From assembly GCF_044704955.1 (NCBI RefSeq), contig NW_027254382.1, positions 62,001-126,000 on the forward strand: DNA of 64,000 nucleotides. The letters run 5' to 3'. Position numbers and translations under genes: made by a program. Below the pieces are notes generated by a model. That model was given only the letters and a program-made list of their open reading frames with translations, made no database searches and was not told the DNA's origin. This stretch comes from Pristiophorus japonicus (taxonomy: Eukaryota). Positions 1-13,863 of this stretch are shown here, piece by piece; the first letter of the stretch is position 1, and the number at the start of each line of letters is the position of its first letter.

Positions 1-3000
1 GGATGGGAACCAATGCAGGGAGACAGAGGGAAACAAAAAGGAGACAAAAGCAAAAGACAGAAAGGAGATGAGGAAAAGTGGAGGGCAGAGAAACCCAAGG
101 CAAAGAACAAAAAGGGCCACTGTACAGCAAAATTCTAAAAGGACAAAGGATGTTAAAAAAACAAGCCTGAAGGCTTTGTGTCTTAATGCAAGGAGTATCC
201 GTAATAAGTTGGATGAATTAACTGTGCAAATAGTTCTTAACAAATATGATGTGATTTGGATTACAGAGTCGTGGCTCCAGGATGATCAGAGCTGGGAACT
301 CAACATCCAGGGGTATTCAACTTTCAAGAAGGATAGAATAAAAGGAAATGGAGGTGGGGTAGCATTGCTGGTTAAGGAGGAGATTAATGCAATAGTTAGG
401 AAGGACATTAGCTTGGATGATGTGGAATCTATATGGGTAGAGCTGCAGAACACCAAAGGGCAAAAAACGTTCGTCGGAGTTGTGTACAGACCTCACAACA
501 GTAGTAGTGATGTCGGGGAGGGCATCAAACAGGAAATTAGCGGTGCAAGCAATAAAGGTGCAGCAGTTATAATGGGTGACTTTAATATGCACATAGATTG
601 GGCGAACCAAACGTGAAGCAATACGGTGAAGGAGGATTTCCTGGGGTGCATAAGGGATGGTTTTCTAGACCAATATGTCGAGGAACCAACTAGGGGGGAG
701 TCCATCTTAGACTGGGTGTTGTGTAATGAGAGAGGATTAATTAGCAATCTCGTTTTGCGAGACCCCTTGGGGAAGAGTGACCATAATATGGTGGAATTCT
801 GCATTAGGATGCAGAATGAAACAGTTAATTCAGAGACCATGGTCCAGAACTTAAAGAAGGCTAACTTTGAAGATATGAGGCGTGAATTGGCAAAGATAGA
901 TTGGCGAATGAGACTGAAGGGGTTGACTGTGGATGGGCAATGGCAGACATTTAGAGACCGCATGGATGAACTACAACAATTGTACATTGCTGTCTGGCGT
1001 AAAAATGAAAAAGGGAAGGTGGCTCAACCGTGGCTATCAAGGGAAATCAGGGATAGTATTAAAGCCAAGGAAGTGGCATACAAATTGGCCAGAAATAGCA
1101 GCGAACCCGGGGACTGGGAGAAATTTAGAACTTAGCAGAGGAGGACAAAGGGTTTGATGAGGGCAAGGATAATGGATTACGAGAAGAAGCTTGCAGAGAA
1201 CATTAAGATGGATTGCAAAAGTTTCTATAGGTATGTAAGGGAAAAAGGTTAGTAAAGACAAAGGTGGGTCCCCTGCAGCCAGAATCAGGGGAATCATAAC
1301 GGAGAACAAAGAAATGGCGGACCAGTTGAACAAGTACTTTGGTTCGGTATTCACTAAGGAGGACACAAACAACCTTCCGGATATAAAAGGGGTCAGAGGG
1401 TCTAGTAAGGAGGAGGAACTGAGTTAATTCTTATTAGTCGGGAAATTGTGTTGGGGAAATTGATGGAATTGAAGGCCGATAAATCACCAGGGCCTGATGC
1501 ACTGCATCCCACAGTACTTAAGAAGGTTGCCTTGGAAATAGTGGATGCATTGACAGTCATTTTCCAACATTCCATTGACTCTGGATCAGTTCCTATAGAG
1601 TGGAGGGTAGCCAATGTAACCCCATTTTTTAAAAAAGGACGGAGAGAGACAACAGGGAATTATAGACCGGTCAGCCTGACACCGGTAGTGGGTAAAATGA
1701 TGGAATCAATTATTAAGGATGTCATAGCAGTGCATTTGGAAAGATGTGACATGATAGGTCCAAGTCAGCATGGATTTGTGAAAGGGAAATCATGCTTGAC
1801 AAATCTTCTGGAATTTTTTGAGGATGTTTCCAGTAGAGTGGACAAGGGAGAACCAGTTGATGTGGTATATTTGGACTTTCAGAAGGCTTTCGACAAGGTC
1901 CCACACAAGAGGTTAATGTGCAAAGTTAAAGCACATGGGATAGGGGTAGTGCGCTGACATGGATTGAGAACTGGTTGTGAGACAGGAGGCAAAGTGTAGG
2001 AGTAAATGGGTACTTTTCAGAATGGCAGGCATTGACTAGTGGGGTACCGCAATGTTCTGTGCTGGGGCCCCAGCTGTTTACATTGTACCTTAATGATTTA
2101 GACGATGGGATTAAATGTAGTATCTCCAAATATATGTATGACACTAAGTTGGGTGGCAGTGTGAGCTGCGAGGAGGATGCCAGGAGGCTGCAGAGCGACT
2201 TTGATAGGTTATGTGAGTGGGCAAATGCATGCAGATGAGGTATAATGTGGATAAATGTGAGGTTATCCACTTTGGTGGTAAAAACAGAGAGACAGACTAT
2301 TATCTGAATGGTGACAGATTAGGAAAATGGGAGGTGCAACGAGACCTGGGTGTCATGGTACATCAGTCATTGAAGGTTGTCATGCAGGTACAGCAGGCGG
2401 TTAAGAAAGCAAAAGGCATGTTGGTCTTCATAGCGAGGGGATTTGAGTACAGGGGCAGGGAGGTGTTGCTACAATTGTACAGGGCCTTGGTGAGGCCACA
2501 CCTGGAGTATTGTGTACAGTTTTGATCTCCTAACCTGCGGAAGGACATTCTTGCTATTGAGGGAGTGCGGCGATTCCCGGGATGGCGGGACTGACCTATC
2601 AAGAAAGACTGGATCAACTGGGCTTGTATTCACTGGAGTTCAGAAAAATGAGAGGGGACCTCATAGAAACGTTTAAAATTTTGATGGGTTTAGAAAGGTT
2701 AGATCCACGGAGAATGTTCCCAATGTTGGGAAGTCCAGAACCAGGGGACACAGTCTGAGGATAAGGAGTAAGCAATTTAGGACCGAAATGAGGAGAAACT
2801 TCCTCACCCAGTGAGTGGTGAACCTGTGGAATTCTCTACCACAGAAAGTTGTTGAGGCCAATTCACTAAATATATTAAAAAAGGAGTTTGATGAAGTCCT
2901 TACTACTAGGGGGATCAAGGGGTATGGCGAGAAGGCAGGAATGGAGTACTGAAGTTGCATGTTCAGTCATGAACTCATTGAACGGCGGTGCAGGCTAGAA

Positions 3001-3041
3001 GGGCCGAATGGCCTACTCCTGCACCTAGTTTCTATGTTTCT
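1..3041 (+). mobile_element. CR1-clade LINE (young subfamily), near full-length ORF2 (APE endonuclease + RT), disrupted by stops and frameshifts; runs off the window start
   Basis: ORF pieces LCLNARSIRNK/ITESWL/VIMGDFN (APE), KSPGPD, NYRPVSLT, YLDFQKAFDKVPH, SGVPQ.SVLGP, PHLEYCVQF; 3' UTR hairpin GGTGCAGG..GGCCGAATGGCC..CCTGCACC then TTTCTATG tail. Confidence 0.97.
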
Positions 3042-4330
3042 ATATTGGGATGTTTTTAGTATCGTGTACCGTGAAGACCGATAACAAATATTCGTTCATA
3101 TATAGATAGAGAGATAGATAGATGGATAGGTAGATATGTACATATAAAGGTAGATAGATGGATAGATGGAGAAAAAGAGCGAGGGATTGTGTGTGANNNN
3201 NNNNNNNNNNNNNNNNNNNNNNNNNNNNNNNNNNNNNNNNNNNNNNNNNNNNNNNNNNNNNNNNNNNNNNNNNNNNNNNNNNNNNNNNNNNNNNNNNNNN
3301 NNNNNNNNNNNNNNNNNNNNNNNNNNNNNNNNNNNNNNNNNNNNNNNNNNNNNNNNNNNNNNNNNNNNNNNNNNNNNNNNNNNNNNNNNNNNNNNNNNNN
3401 NNNNNNNNNNNNNNNNNNNNNNNNNNNNNNNNNNNNNNNNNNNNNNNNNNNNNNNNNNNNNNNNNNNNNNNNNNNNNNNNNNNNNNNNNNNNNNNNNNNN
3501 NNNNNNNNNNNNNNNNNNNNNNNNNNNNNNNATATATGTACAACATTATAGAGAGGGTTGTTGATATAAATTAGGACAGAGAGTGCAATATGTAGATTAT
3601 TGGACAGACTGATAGATCGAAAGGTATTGATGCAATAAATAATTTGGTAGATTGACAAATGTCATGTTGAATCCCAAGGAGTAGAATAAGAATGTGAACA
3701 GATGAATTGTGAATTATTTTGAATAAAACCCTATCTCTGTTTGAAGTTCTGATTAAGAATGTGTAAAATGCTTAGTGTCATCATCAGGGTATGGAAATCT
3801 TATTGTGTGCTGACACCTGATCTACTGCACAATGTCAATGAGATCTAATCATACACTAATACTGTGGGAGGAAGTCAGGAGATATAAATCTCAGTATGTA
3901 CTGACACATGATTTACTGCACTGTGGTTATGGGGATTCGTCATGTACAAATGTAGTGTGAGGAAGTCACAGATGAAAATATCTGTGTCAACTGACACTGG
4001 ATCTAATATGAACACGTGTTTATCTGTAATAACAAAGTCCAGGAACATTGCCCTAACCAGTCCCCCAATAGAGGGAGGACAACTATATCCCGTCTATCTG
4101 TGTATGAATTTGATCCCGTCTCCAAACGGAAGTCACTGAGCTACTGACACATGCTATCCACCAATAGATAGAGCAGAACTTCATCCCCTTGTCCGCGTTT
4201 GCATTTCACCTCAAGTTCCAGGGGTGAATCGAACACTCATCCCACCAATGCTTGTATACTATTGAGGTTCACATCAGAATTCGCATCCAATTGGGGTGGC
4301 AGAGGAAAACGGAGAGGTAGATAGATAGTT
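3042..4330. repeat. Duplicated block, copy A (CR1 scrap + GATA tract/N-run + spacer + ~90-bp tandem units)
   Basis: Collinear with 6685-7620; both share ttttgaataaaaccctatctct, catcagggtatggaaatcttattgtgt and catccaattggggtggc. Confidence 0.85.
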
Positions 4331-4332
4331 AA

Positions 4333-5708
4333 GCATGCTCTCTGCATCTAACTTGTCGAACACCCTCAGCAACTTATATGTTTCAACGTGTTCACATCTC
4401 ATTCTTCTAATCCTCAATTTGTATAGATCCAACCTGCTCCACCTTTTTTCATAAGTCACCACATTTATCTCAGGATTCAAACTAGTGAATCTTTTCTGAA
4501 CTCCATCCAATGCCAGTATATCCCTCGTTAAATAAGGAGACCAAAACTGAACGAAGTGTTGTTGGTGTGGTCACACCAATATCCTGTACAGTTGTAGCAG
4601 GACTTTCCTACGTTTATATTCCATCCCCATTGCAATAAAGGCCAACATTCAATTTGCCTTCCTGATTACTTGCCTTACATTCATACTAACGTTTGTGTTT
4701 CATGCTCAAGACTTCAGGTCCCGCTGTACTGCGGCATTTTTAAATCCATCTCTATTAAAATATTAATTTTTTTGTTGTTGTTCCTGCCACACTTTCCCAT
4801 ATAATGCCCCATCTGCCCAATATTTTCCCACTCAATTACACTGTCTATATCCCTTTGCAGATTCTGTGTGTCCTCCTCACCACATGCTTTCCCACCCACC
4901 TTTGCTTAATCAACAAACTTGGCCACATTACACTGCATTCATTCATTCATGTCATTATTATAGATTGCAAATAGTTGAGGCCATAGCACCGATCACTGTG
5001 GCACCCCATTAGTTACCGTTGCCCACCGTAAAATGAACTGTTTATCCCGACTCTCTGTTTTCTGTTAGTTAGCCAATCCTCTATCCATGCAAATATAGTA
5101 CCACCGACCCCCTGAGCTTGTCTCCTGTGCAGTAACCTTTTATGTGGCAACTGATCGAATGCCTTCTGGAAATCCAAATACAGCACAGCCACTCGTCTCC
5201 CCTGATAGTTACATCCTCAAAGAACTCAAGTATATTTGCCAAACATGATTTACTTCTCAAAAAAATCATGCTGACTCTGCTTGAATGAATTACGCTTTTC
5301 CAAATGCAATGCTCCTACTTCCTTACTAAAGGACTGTGGCATTTTCCCAACGATAGATGTTAGGCTAACTAGTGTCTAATTTCCTGCTTTCTGTCATCTT
5401 ACTTTTTGAAAATAGGACCGTTATATTTGCGATTTTTCTATCCGTTGGGATCTCTCCAGAATCCAGGGAATGTTGGTAAATTGCAAACAATGCATCCAAT
5501 ATCTCTGCAGCCACTTCTTTTAAGACCTGAGGATGCGGATCATGAGTTCCAGGCGACTTGTCCAACTTTAGTTCCATTATTTTACCCAATACATTTTCTT
5601 TCGTGAAAGTGATTGTTTTACGTTTCCTCCTCCCTATAGTCACTTTATTGTCTATTATTGGGATGTGTTTAGTGTCTTGTACCGTGAAGATCGAAACCAA
5701 ATGTTTGT
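4333..5708 (-). mobile_element. Old CR1 LINE fragment (RT region)
   Basis: Minus-strand ORFs with KSCLANILEFFEDVT, LDKSPG, GVQKRFT. Confidence 0.9.
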
Positions 5709-5719
5709 TCACAGAGGGA

Positions 5720-6722
5720 TAGAGAAATAGGTCCCTCTGTACTGCTGAATTTTGTAGTCCTTCTCTATTAAAATATTAAATTGTTTTTTATGGTTCATGC
5801 CAAAGTGGACAACCTCACTTTTTCCCACATTATGCACCATCTGCAAAATCTTTTCCCACTCACTTAGCCTGTCTATATCCCGTTTTATATTCGTTGTGTA
5901 CTCCTCACAACATGCTTTCCCGCCCATGTTTGTATAAACAGCAAACGTGGCGACATTACACATGGTTCCTTCATCCAAATCGTTAATCTTCATTGTAAAT
6001 AGTTGAGGCCATAGCACTGATCACTGTAGCATCCCATGAATTGCGGTTTTCCCAAAGTAAAATGACCCGTTTATCCCGACTCTCTATTTTCTGTTCGTTA
6101 GCCAATCCTCTGTCCATGCCAATATATTATCACCGACCCCCTGAGCTTGTATCGTGTGCAGTAACCTTTATGTGGCACCTGATCGAATGCCTTCTGGAGA
6201 TCAAAATACACAACATCCACTCATTCCCTCTTATCCACCGTGATAGTTACATTCTAAAATAATTCCAGAATATTTGTCAAACATGATTTACTTTAAAAAA
6301 AATCATGCTGACTCTGCTTGAATGTATTATGCTTTTGCAAATGCAATGCTACTACTTCCTTACAAAAGGATTCGAGCATTTTCCCCACGACAAATGCTAG
6401 GCTAACCAGTGTATAATGTCCTTTTTTCTGTCGTCTTCATTTTTTAAATAGCACCATTATATTTGCGATTTTCCAATCCATTGCGATATCTCCAGAATCC
6501 AGGGAATTTTGGTAGAATGCAAACAATGCATCCAATATCTCTGCAGCCAATTCTTTTAAGACGCGAGGATGCGGACCATCAGTTCCAGGCGACTTGTGAA
6601 AATTTAGTCCCATTATGCTAACAAATACTTTTTCTTAAGTGAAATGTTTTAAGTTTCCTCCTCCCCATTTCCACTTTGTTGTCTATTATTGGGATGTTTT
6701 TAGTGTCGTGTACCGTGAAGGC
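5720..6722 (-). mobile_element. Old CR1 fragment, tandem paralogue of ~4714-5708
   Basis: PQLFTMKINDLDEG..GGKACCEE; nucleotide collinearity with the preceding copy. Confidence 0.88.
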
Positions 6723-7620
6723 CNNNNNNNNNNNNNNNNNNNNNNNNNNNNNNNNNNNNNNNNNNNNNNNNNNNNNNNNNNNNNNNNNNNNNNNNNNNNN
6801 NNNNNNNNNNNNNNNNNNNNNNNNNNNNNNNNNNNNNNNNNNNNNNNNNNNNNNNNNNNNNNNNNNNNNNNNNNNNNNNNNNNNNNNNNNNNNNNNNNNN
6901 NNNNNNNNNNNNNNNNNNNNNNNNNNNNNNNNNNNNNNNNNNNNNNNNNNNNNNNNNNNNNNNNNNNNNNNNNNNNNNNNNNNNNNNNNNNNNNNNNNNN
7001 NNNNNNNNNNNNNNNNNNNNNNNNNNNNNNNNNNNNNNNNNNNNNNNNNNNNNNNNNNNNNNNNNNNNNNNNNNNNNNNNNNNNNNNNNNNNAACATATA
7101 GAGAGAGTTGTTGATATAAGTTATGAAATTAAGACAAATAGAGCTCTATGTAGATTATAGGGCAGACTGATAGATAGAAAGATATTGATGCATTGAACAA
7201 TTTGGTTGATTGATAAAAGTTCAATCTGAAAGATTAGAACAAGAATGTGAATGGACGGATATCTGAATTATTTTGAATAAAACCCTATCTCTTTTTGTAG
7301 TTCGGATTAAGAATGTAGAAAATGCTGAGCTTTATCATCAGGGTATGGAAATCTTATTGTGTACTGACAGCTGATCTACTGCACCGTGGCAGTGGGGACC
7401 AGTCATATACAAATGTAGTGAGAGGAAGTCACTGCTGAAAATCTCTGTGTTGACTGACACCGGATCTAATATGAATATTTGTCCCACTGTAATAACATAG
7501 CTCAGGACCATTGGCCTACCCAGTTCCCCAATAGGTGGGGGTCAACTGTACCCCGTCTATCTCTATCGAATTTTACCCCAGAAATCACATCCAATTGGGG
7601 TGGCGGGAGGAAATGGGAGA
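6685..7620. repeat. Duplicated block, copy B
   Basis: See 3042-4330. Confidence 0.85.
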
Positions 7621-7835
7621 TAGAAACATAGAAACACAGAAAATAGGTGCAGAAGTAGGCCATTCGGCCCTTACATCCTGCACCACAATTCAATATAATC
7701 ATGGATAATCATTCACATCAGAACCCGTTTCCTGCTTTCTCTCCATACCCCTTGATCCCTTTAGCCACAAGGGCTATATCTAACTCTCTCTTGAATAATT
7801 TCAATGAACTGGCATTAAGAACTCTCTGCGGTAGG
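7621..7835 (-). mobile_element. CR1 3' end fragment
   Basis: tagaaacatagaaac...ataggtgcagaagtaggccattcggccc is the reverse complement of the CR1 hairpin and tail. Confidence 0.9.
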
Positions 7836-8679
7836 GATCTATCTATCGATCTATCTCTCAATCTNNNNNNNNNNNNNNNNNNNNNNNNNNNNNNNNNNNN
7901 NNNNNNNNNNNNNNNNNNNNNNNNNNNNNNNNNNNNNNNNNNNNNNNNNNNNNNNNNNNNNNNNNNNNNNNNNNNNNNNNNNNNNNNNNNNNNNNNNNNN
8001 NNNNNNNNNNNNNNNNNNNNNNNNNNNNNNNNNNNNNNNNNNNNNNNNNNNNNNNNNNNNNNNNNNNNNNNNNNNNNNNNNNNNNNNNNTCTATCTCTCG
8101 ATCATGCTTTTCTCTCACCATCTCCCATTGCAAATTGCTACATCAACATTTTTCATTCAATTGTGCATTATTAAATGTAGTTGTAGTTGCTGAGACTCAC
8201 TACGAGGCCACTTCGTTTCTACTGTCTCGATCCCAAATGTGTTGCCATTTTGAGTATATGAAAACAAATTGCATGCATCAATTTGACCTGGGCAACGCCA
8301 CGAGCAATCTGCTGCTGAATATCGGAAGTCACGAGCGAACCTCGGACTACTGGACCTCATTGCTGGTGACCTACTGTAACGTTTCCGGCGACTCCAAGCC
8401 AGCAGTGGTGCTTCACATGCAGTTTGCATACGGTAGATCTAGTTATGGGACCAAATAATTCACTGATGGAAGACGATAAAATTTAAGACATGCTGTGTGT
8501 AGACAGGGCGGGGAGGCAATAGGAAGGCATAAGTATTTCGGATTGGTATATGGTTAGAATTGATGTGGGGACTTGATTTTACCGAGTCTCCACCCATGTT
8601 CCTCAATTGGAAAATAGCGACTGCATGGAGCAGGTCCATGTGCTTTTTCCCTTCCTTCATGATGGATCAGTGGGAATTG

Positions 8680-9435
8680 TTTGGCGTTGATAGAAGGCTA
8701 CGTGAAGAGAGCCAGGAGAGAGCATGGCAGTGGCATTAGTTTGGGATTCATATACGACCAGAGGGAGAGAGTGGCACACTGAGGTTAGTTTCGGATGGAT
8801 AAAGGCTATGGTGCTTGGGTGGGCAGTTTGATTTTTGTGGCATTGATAAAGGGCTATGTTGCGTGGGTGTGGCAGTGTGATTAGTGTGGGATTGATACAG
8901 GGCTGTGGGGAGAGAGCGGGGCCATGCGATTAGTTTGGGATTGATACAGGGTTATGGGGAGACAGTGGGGCAGCAGGAGCAGTTTGGGTGAGATTGAGGG
9001 CTGTGGGGAGAGAGAGGGCTGTCGGATTAGCATGGGATTTGTACAGGGCAATGAGGAGTGAGCTGGACAGTGGGATTCGTTTTGAATTGATGCAGAAATA
9101 TGGGGAAAGAGGGGAAAGAGCAATTTGTTTTTCAGTAATACAGAGCTTTGTGGAGAGTATGCAGTGGAATAGTTCGACGAATATAGGGAAATAGAAGAAA
9201 GCATACTTAGTTTGGGATTGTAACTGGGGTATAGGCAATGAGCGAGGCTGTGGGATTAGATTAGAATTCCTACATGAATCTGGGGAAAGAGGCGCATTGG
9301 TGTTAGTTTGCAATTGGTATCGGGCTTCCGAGAGAGAGTGGCTGTATGATTAGTTTCGGTTTATACAGCACGATGAGGAATGAGCGCGGCTGTGGGATTA
9401 GATTGATATTTATATACGGCTCTGGAGAGAGAGGG
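8680..9435. repeat. Degenerate G-rich minisatellite, unit ~50-60 bp
   Basis: Recurrent gattagtttgggattgatacagggct.tggggagagag.ggggc.gt. Confidence 0.8.
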
Positions 9436-9817
9436 GACAGGATCACACAAGGGGCAAAATTGCAATCAGTAATTCCGATCTGAATGAATGGCTTCAGTTT
9501 GTGCCGCTATAAAATTTTGGTTCATATCCCAGATTCTATATGTGGACACTTGCATTTGGTCAAAGTAAACAATTTATTAATTAGTTGCTTCATCAAGGAG
9601 AAATGCGATCAGGTTCTCAACATAGATACTAATTCTCATTGTCTGTTTCTTTACCTGCTGTTTGCTGCGAAATGTTGTTTGAATCTGTGAATGTTGTAAT
9701 TCTAAAATTGGCAGTCAATAAACTCTGAATGTATATGTTAAAGAGCCGAACCATTTAATTTTTTAAAAACACCACAATCTACTAATTCAAGGTTATAGCA
9801 ATGCGTTCCTCGTCTGT

Positions 9818-10870
9818 CAACACCAACAAGAACTTATGTCAATGTAGCGCCATTAACCAAGAAAAACGTCCCAAGGTGCTACACAGGAGAGTTATTAAAC
9901 AGAATCTGACACCGAGCCTCATAAGAAGAAATTAGGATGGATGAGAAAAAGCTTGGTCAAAGATGTAGGTCTTAAGCAGCGTCTTAAAGACTGAGAGCGA
10001 GGTCGAGAGGTGGAGAAGTTTAAGGAGGAATTATTTTGCTGAGGAACTACGCAGCTATATGTACGGCCACCAATGTTGAGTGATTAACAAAGAGAATGCG
10101 CAAAAGGCCGGGATTTAGAGATGTGCACAGATGTCGGTGGGTTGTTGTATTGGAGAAGGTTACAGAGCTTAGCGAGAAAGGGATGAATTAAAAAAACAAT
10201 GAGAGTTTTAAATGGAGATTTTTCCGGAACGAGAGCGAATGAAGGTCAGTGATGGAGGAGCGGGTCGGTGTGAGTTAGGGCACGGGCAGCCGAGCTTTTG
10301 ATATGGTAAAGTTTATAGAGGGTGTAAGATGGGAGCACATCCATCTGAACGTTGAAATAATGAAGTCTGGAGATAAGAAAGGCATGGATGAGCGTTTCCG
10401 CAGCAGATGAGCTGAGGTAGGAGTGGTGTATAGCGAGGTTACTGAGGTTAAAATAGGCAATCTTGGTGATGGAGCGCAAAGGTGGTTGGAAGCTCATCTC
10501 GGAGTCAAATACGATCCCAAGATTGCAGATAGACTGGTTCAGCTTCAGTCAGACGCCAGCGAAAGGAATGGAGTGGGTGGCTATGGAACGGAGTTTGTGG
10601 CGAGAGCAAAGACGATGGCATCAGTACTCCCAATATTTTGTTGGAGAACATTTCTGCTCATCCAATACCGTATGTCACAAAAGCAGCCTGACAAATTAGA
10701 GAAACTGGTGGGGTGGAGAGAGGTAGTGGTGAGGTCGAGCTGGGTGTCGTTAGCATATATGTGGAACGTGATATTGTGTTTTTGGATGACGGCCCCGACG
10801 GGCGCCGTTTAGATGAGAAATATCTGGGGGCCAGGGATAGATACTTATGGAACACCAGTTAACAGCGTGA
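9818..10870 (-). mobile_element. L2-clade LINE 3' fragment
   Basis: SFQPPLRSITKIAYFNLSNLA...SSSAAETLIHAFLISRLHY is the typical L2 ORF2 C-terminus; L2-type 3' end (tagcgcc..aaaacgtcccaaggtgct) at ~9820-9890. Confidence 0.85.
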
Positions 10871-11009
10871 GACCGCGAAGAGTAGCCCTGGCTCTTGGCA
10901 GTGTGTGGAAAGAGGTTTCTACTCAAACCAATGGGTAGGCCCTGATGGAGTGGGGGAAGGGTGAAGGGAAGGAGATTTTTTCTTGTTTGCGTGTGGAAAG
11001 GAAATAAAT

Positions 11010-11450
11010 AACGAATTAATTTAGCGTGCTTGATGAGCTCAGGACGTCTCAAAACGCTTTAGAATCAATGAAGTACTTTTGAAGTTAAGCCACTGTTCAT
11101 TGTAGGGCACGCAGCAGCCAATCGATGCATTGCAAGACCCCACAAACAGCAATGAGATAAATGAGCATATAATGTACTTTAATGATGGTGGGTGAGGGAT
11201 AAATATTAGCCGGAGCACCAGGAAAATTCCCCTGCCATGGGTTCTTTTGTATTCACATCAGAGAGCAGGGAAAACCTCAGACCAACATCTCATTAGAAAG
11301 ACGGCACGTTCGACAGTGCAGCACTCCCTCAGCAATGCACTGGCGTGCCAGACTACATTATGTGCTTAAATCGTTGTAGCGGTACTTGAACCCACAACCT
11401 TCTGATGTCAGAGGTGCGGGTGCGACTGCTGAGCAAACGCTGACGCCTTG
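11010..11450 (-). mobile_element. tRNA-headed Deu-domain SINE (SacSINE1/AmnSINE-like)
   Basis: Reverse complement shows B-box gggttcaagt, core tgagggagtgctgcactgtcg..gtgccgtcttt, and an L2-like tail. Confidence 0.8.
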
Positions 11451-11451
11451 A

Positions 11452-11760
11452 GCAGAGAGGATTACGTGGAGATTTGATAGTGGTCTTCAATATTAGACAA
11501 GATATCGATAGAGTAAATTAAACTGAACAGTTTCCACTGGAGGAAGGATCGTAACCAGGCAATATCGATTTAAGTTAATCGGTATTAAAAGAGATGGCAA
11601 ATTAGGAGGCATTTTTGTGCAGCGCGATATTGTGACAGGGTATGCACTGTCTGAGAGGGAGGTGGAAGCAGATTTTATTAGTAACCTTCATAATTACCTT
11701 GATATATTCTTCAAAAATAAAGATGTAAATGGCTATGGGGCAAGATTAGTACGAATTGAA
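11452..11760 (+). mobile_element. Old CR1 3' fragment
   Basis: Degenerate RRLRGDLIxVFKI..FPL..QRxV coding remnant. Confidence 0.7.
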
Positions 11761-13596
11761 CTGCCCCGTAGTAGTTCAGTATTCATTAAGATTTCCATCT
11801 CCTGACATTATATTATTACAGACTCTGACACCCCGTCCCAACCTTCAGTAGTTCAAGTGTCTGTACTCACTGATATTCAATTCTCTGCCGCACCCCCTCC
11901 CACCACCATGATTTGTCTACATATTTTAGTCAAATCGCTCACTACTTTTTATCAGGTTTCACTACACAAGGCAACCCCCCCCACCCCCACCCCTCCACCC
12001 CTTCAGCATTATAATATAACGGTCCCGGGACCAGTCCTAAACTGCTGTAGATCAGAAGTCAGTACAGAGGGAGATCTCCAGCTCATGTCATGTCTCCCTT
12101 TCTCAATTATAGTATTACAGACTCTGGTACCCAATGCCACATTGCTGTAGATCAGATGCCACTGCACGTTGAGATTTCCATACCCTCATGTTTACAAAGA
12201 GCCTTTTCCATTTTCTTAACACGAACAGCAAACAAACACTCATTCACCATGGTAATCTATCCATCTGTACTCAAGGCTACTCATTAGTCTCTTAAAATAT
12301 TAAAATGATTTGTGAAAAGTATTATCGATCTCTCTGCATCACTGTACCGTTCTCTGTATCTGACTGTCTGTCTGTCTGCATGTCTACCTATATATTGCTC
12401 TATATGTCATAATTTATATCAACAACATTCACTATATGTTTGTATATATGTNNNNNNNNNNNNNNNNNNNNNNNNNNNNNNNNNNNNNNNNNNNNNNNNN
12501 NNNNNNNNNNNNNNNNNNNNNNNNNNNNNNNNNNNNNNNNNNNNNNNNNNNNNNNNNNNNNNNNNNNNNNNNNNNNNNNNNNNNNNNNNNNNNNNNNGTC
12601 TATCTAACTGTCTATCTATCGATATGTCTGTCTGTCCATTTACGATTGGAATAAAATGATGAATATTCATAATTGCCCGGATTTAGCCGGGCTGATGATG
12701 GTGTCTGCACAGCGTGCGCCGTCGTAAGTCCTCAGAATGGGTCCGCAACTTCTGACTTTCCATATGCGCTGCGCATGCACGTAAAACCCGGAAGTTCCGA
12801 TCTGTCAAGATTCATCTTGATTGATCATCTGCGATCACCCCGAAAACACTCTTCCTTGTGCAGGGCCCAACTGCGCCCCACCGAATGCCCCTGAAACATT
12901 TTAAATGCTTAATAAAAGGGACTTTTCATTCATTTGGAACAGGGGATTCGTTATTTTTATTGGAATTGTGTTTTATTGAGAGATTTCTCACAAGCTTATG
13001 GGAATTTATTTTGTAATTGGAAGCCCCATAAGGTAATGGTGAATCCCTCTATTTAATTGGTTGGGCTGGCCCAGCCACGTGATCCCAGGAATGCTTCCGA
13101 ACCGCCTGCTTCCCTGGGATCCATTGGCCTTTATGCAGATATATGCATTGAGTCCCAAGACCTGAAGACTCCAAAGCTCCAGAGACACCAATTTATTTTC
13201 GTGTCGGTGGCGTACTCCGGGTGTATGCCTCAGACCTCAAATTCAGGACCCATATATCTATCTATAATATCATAGAAATCTTATATCTTTGCGATCTTTG
13301 TGCGAACTTCTCGCATTTTATGTTCCTATCTCTACATTTATAATGGAAACTGCTTATGCAAACGTGCCACGCTTTGATTACACTCTCCCGATAGCGGTGG
13401 CGCTGTAGTGCCTCAGTTTTGCATCTCTAGCCTTCCCCGCCTCGACAGCAAGCAATGCCCGATTTTCGATACAAATCTACTTCTCTCCTTCCCAAAATAC
13501 ACTAACTCTTGTTATTTACCTAAAGGTAATAACATGAAACCAAAACATAATATAATGAAACGAATGCAGCATGTATAACTTTAAAATGGAGAAGAC

Positions 13597-13863
13597 TTAT
13601 TTCTGCAATTATTTCTGGTCTAATTCTCCCTCAGCTTTCCAACCCCATTTATACTGAGCACTACACTTGTTTTTTGCGCCCTATATAAAATGCCAGGTGA
13701 GTTCCACTTGTAATCATCTAAAGCAACAATAATGCTTGTATCAGGCAGTAAAATATATTCTAATTTACAATTCTGGTGCATTCATGTCCCACACTTCAAG
13801 AGTCTAATTAAAAGGACCTCAAAAACCCCATTTCTGGCATTATACAGGCGGACGCACTGGCAG
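13597..13863 (+). repeat. Direct repeat, copy 1 (~250 bp)
   Basis: Matches 15800-16042: taattctccctcagctttccaa...taatttacaattctggtg...gacgcactggcag. Confidence 0.9.

Noticed and set aside
8135-8458. 107-aa ORF in non-repetitive sequence
   Set aside because: Non-ATG start, no motif, no splice evidence.
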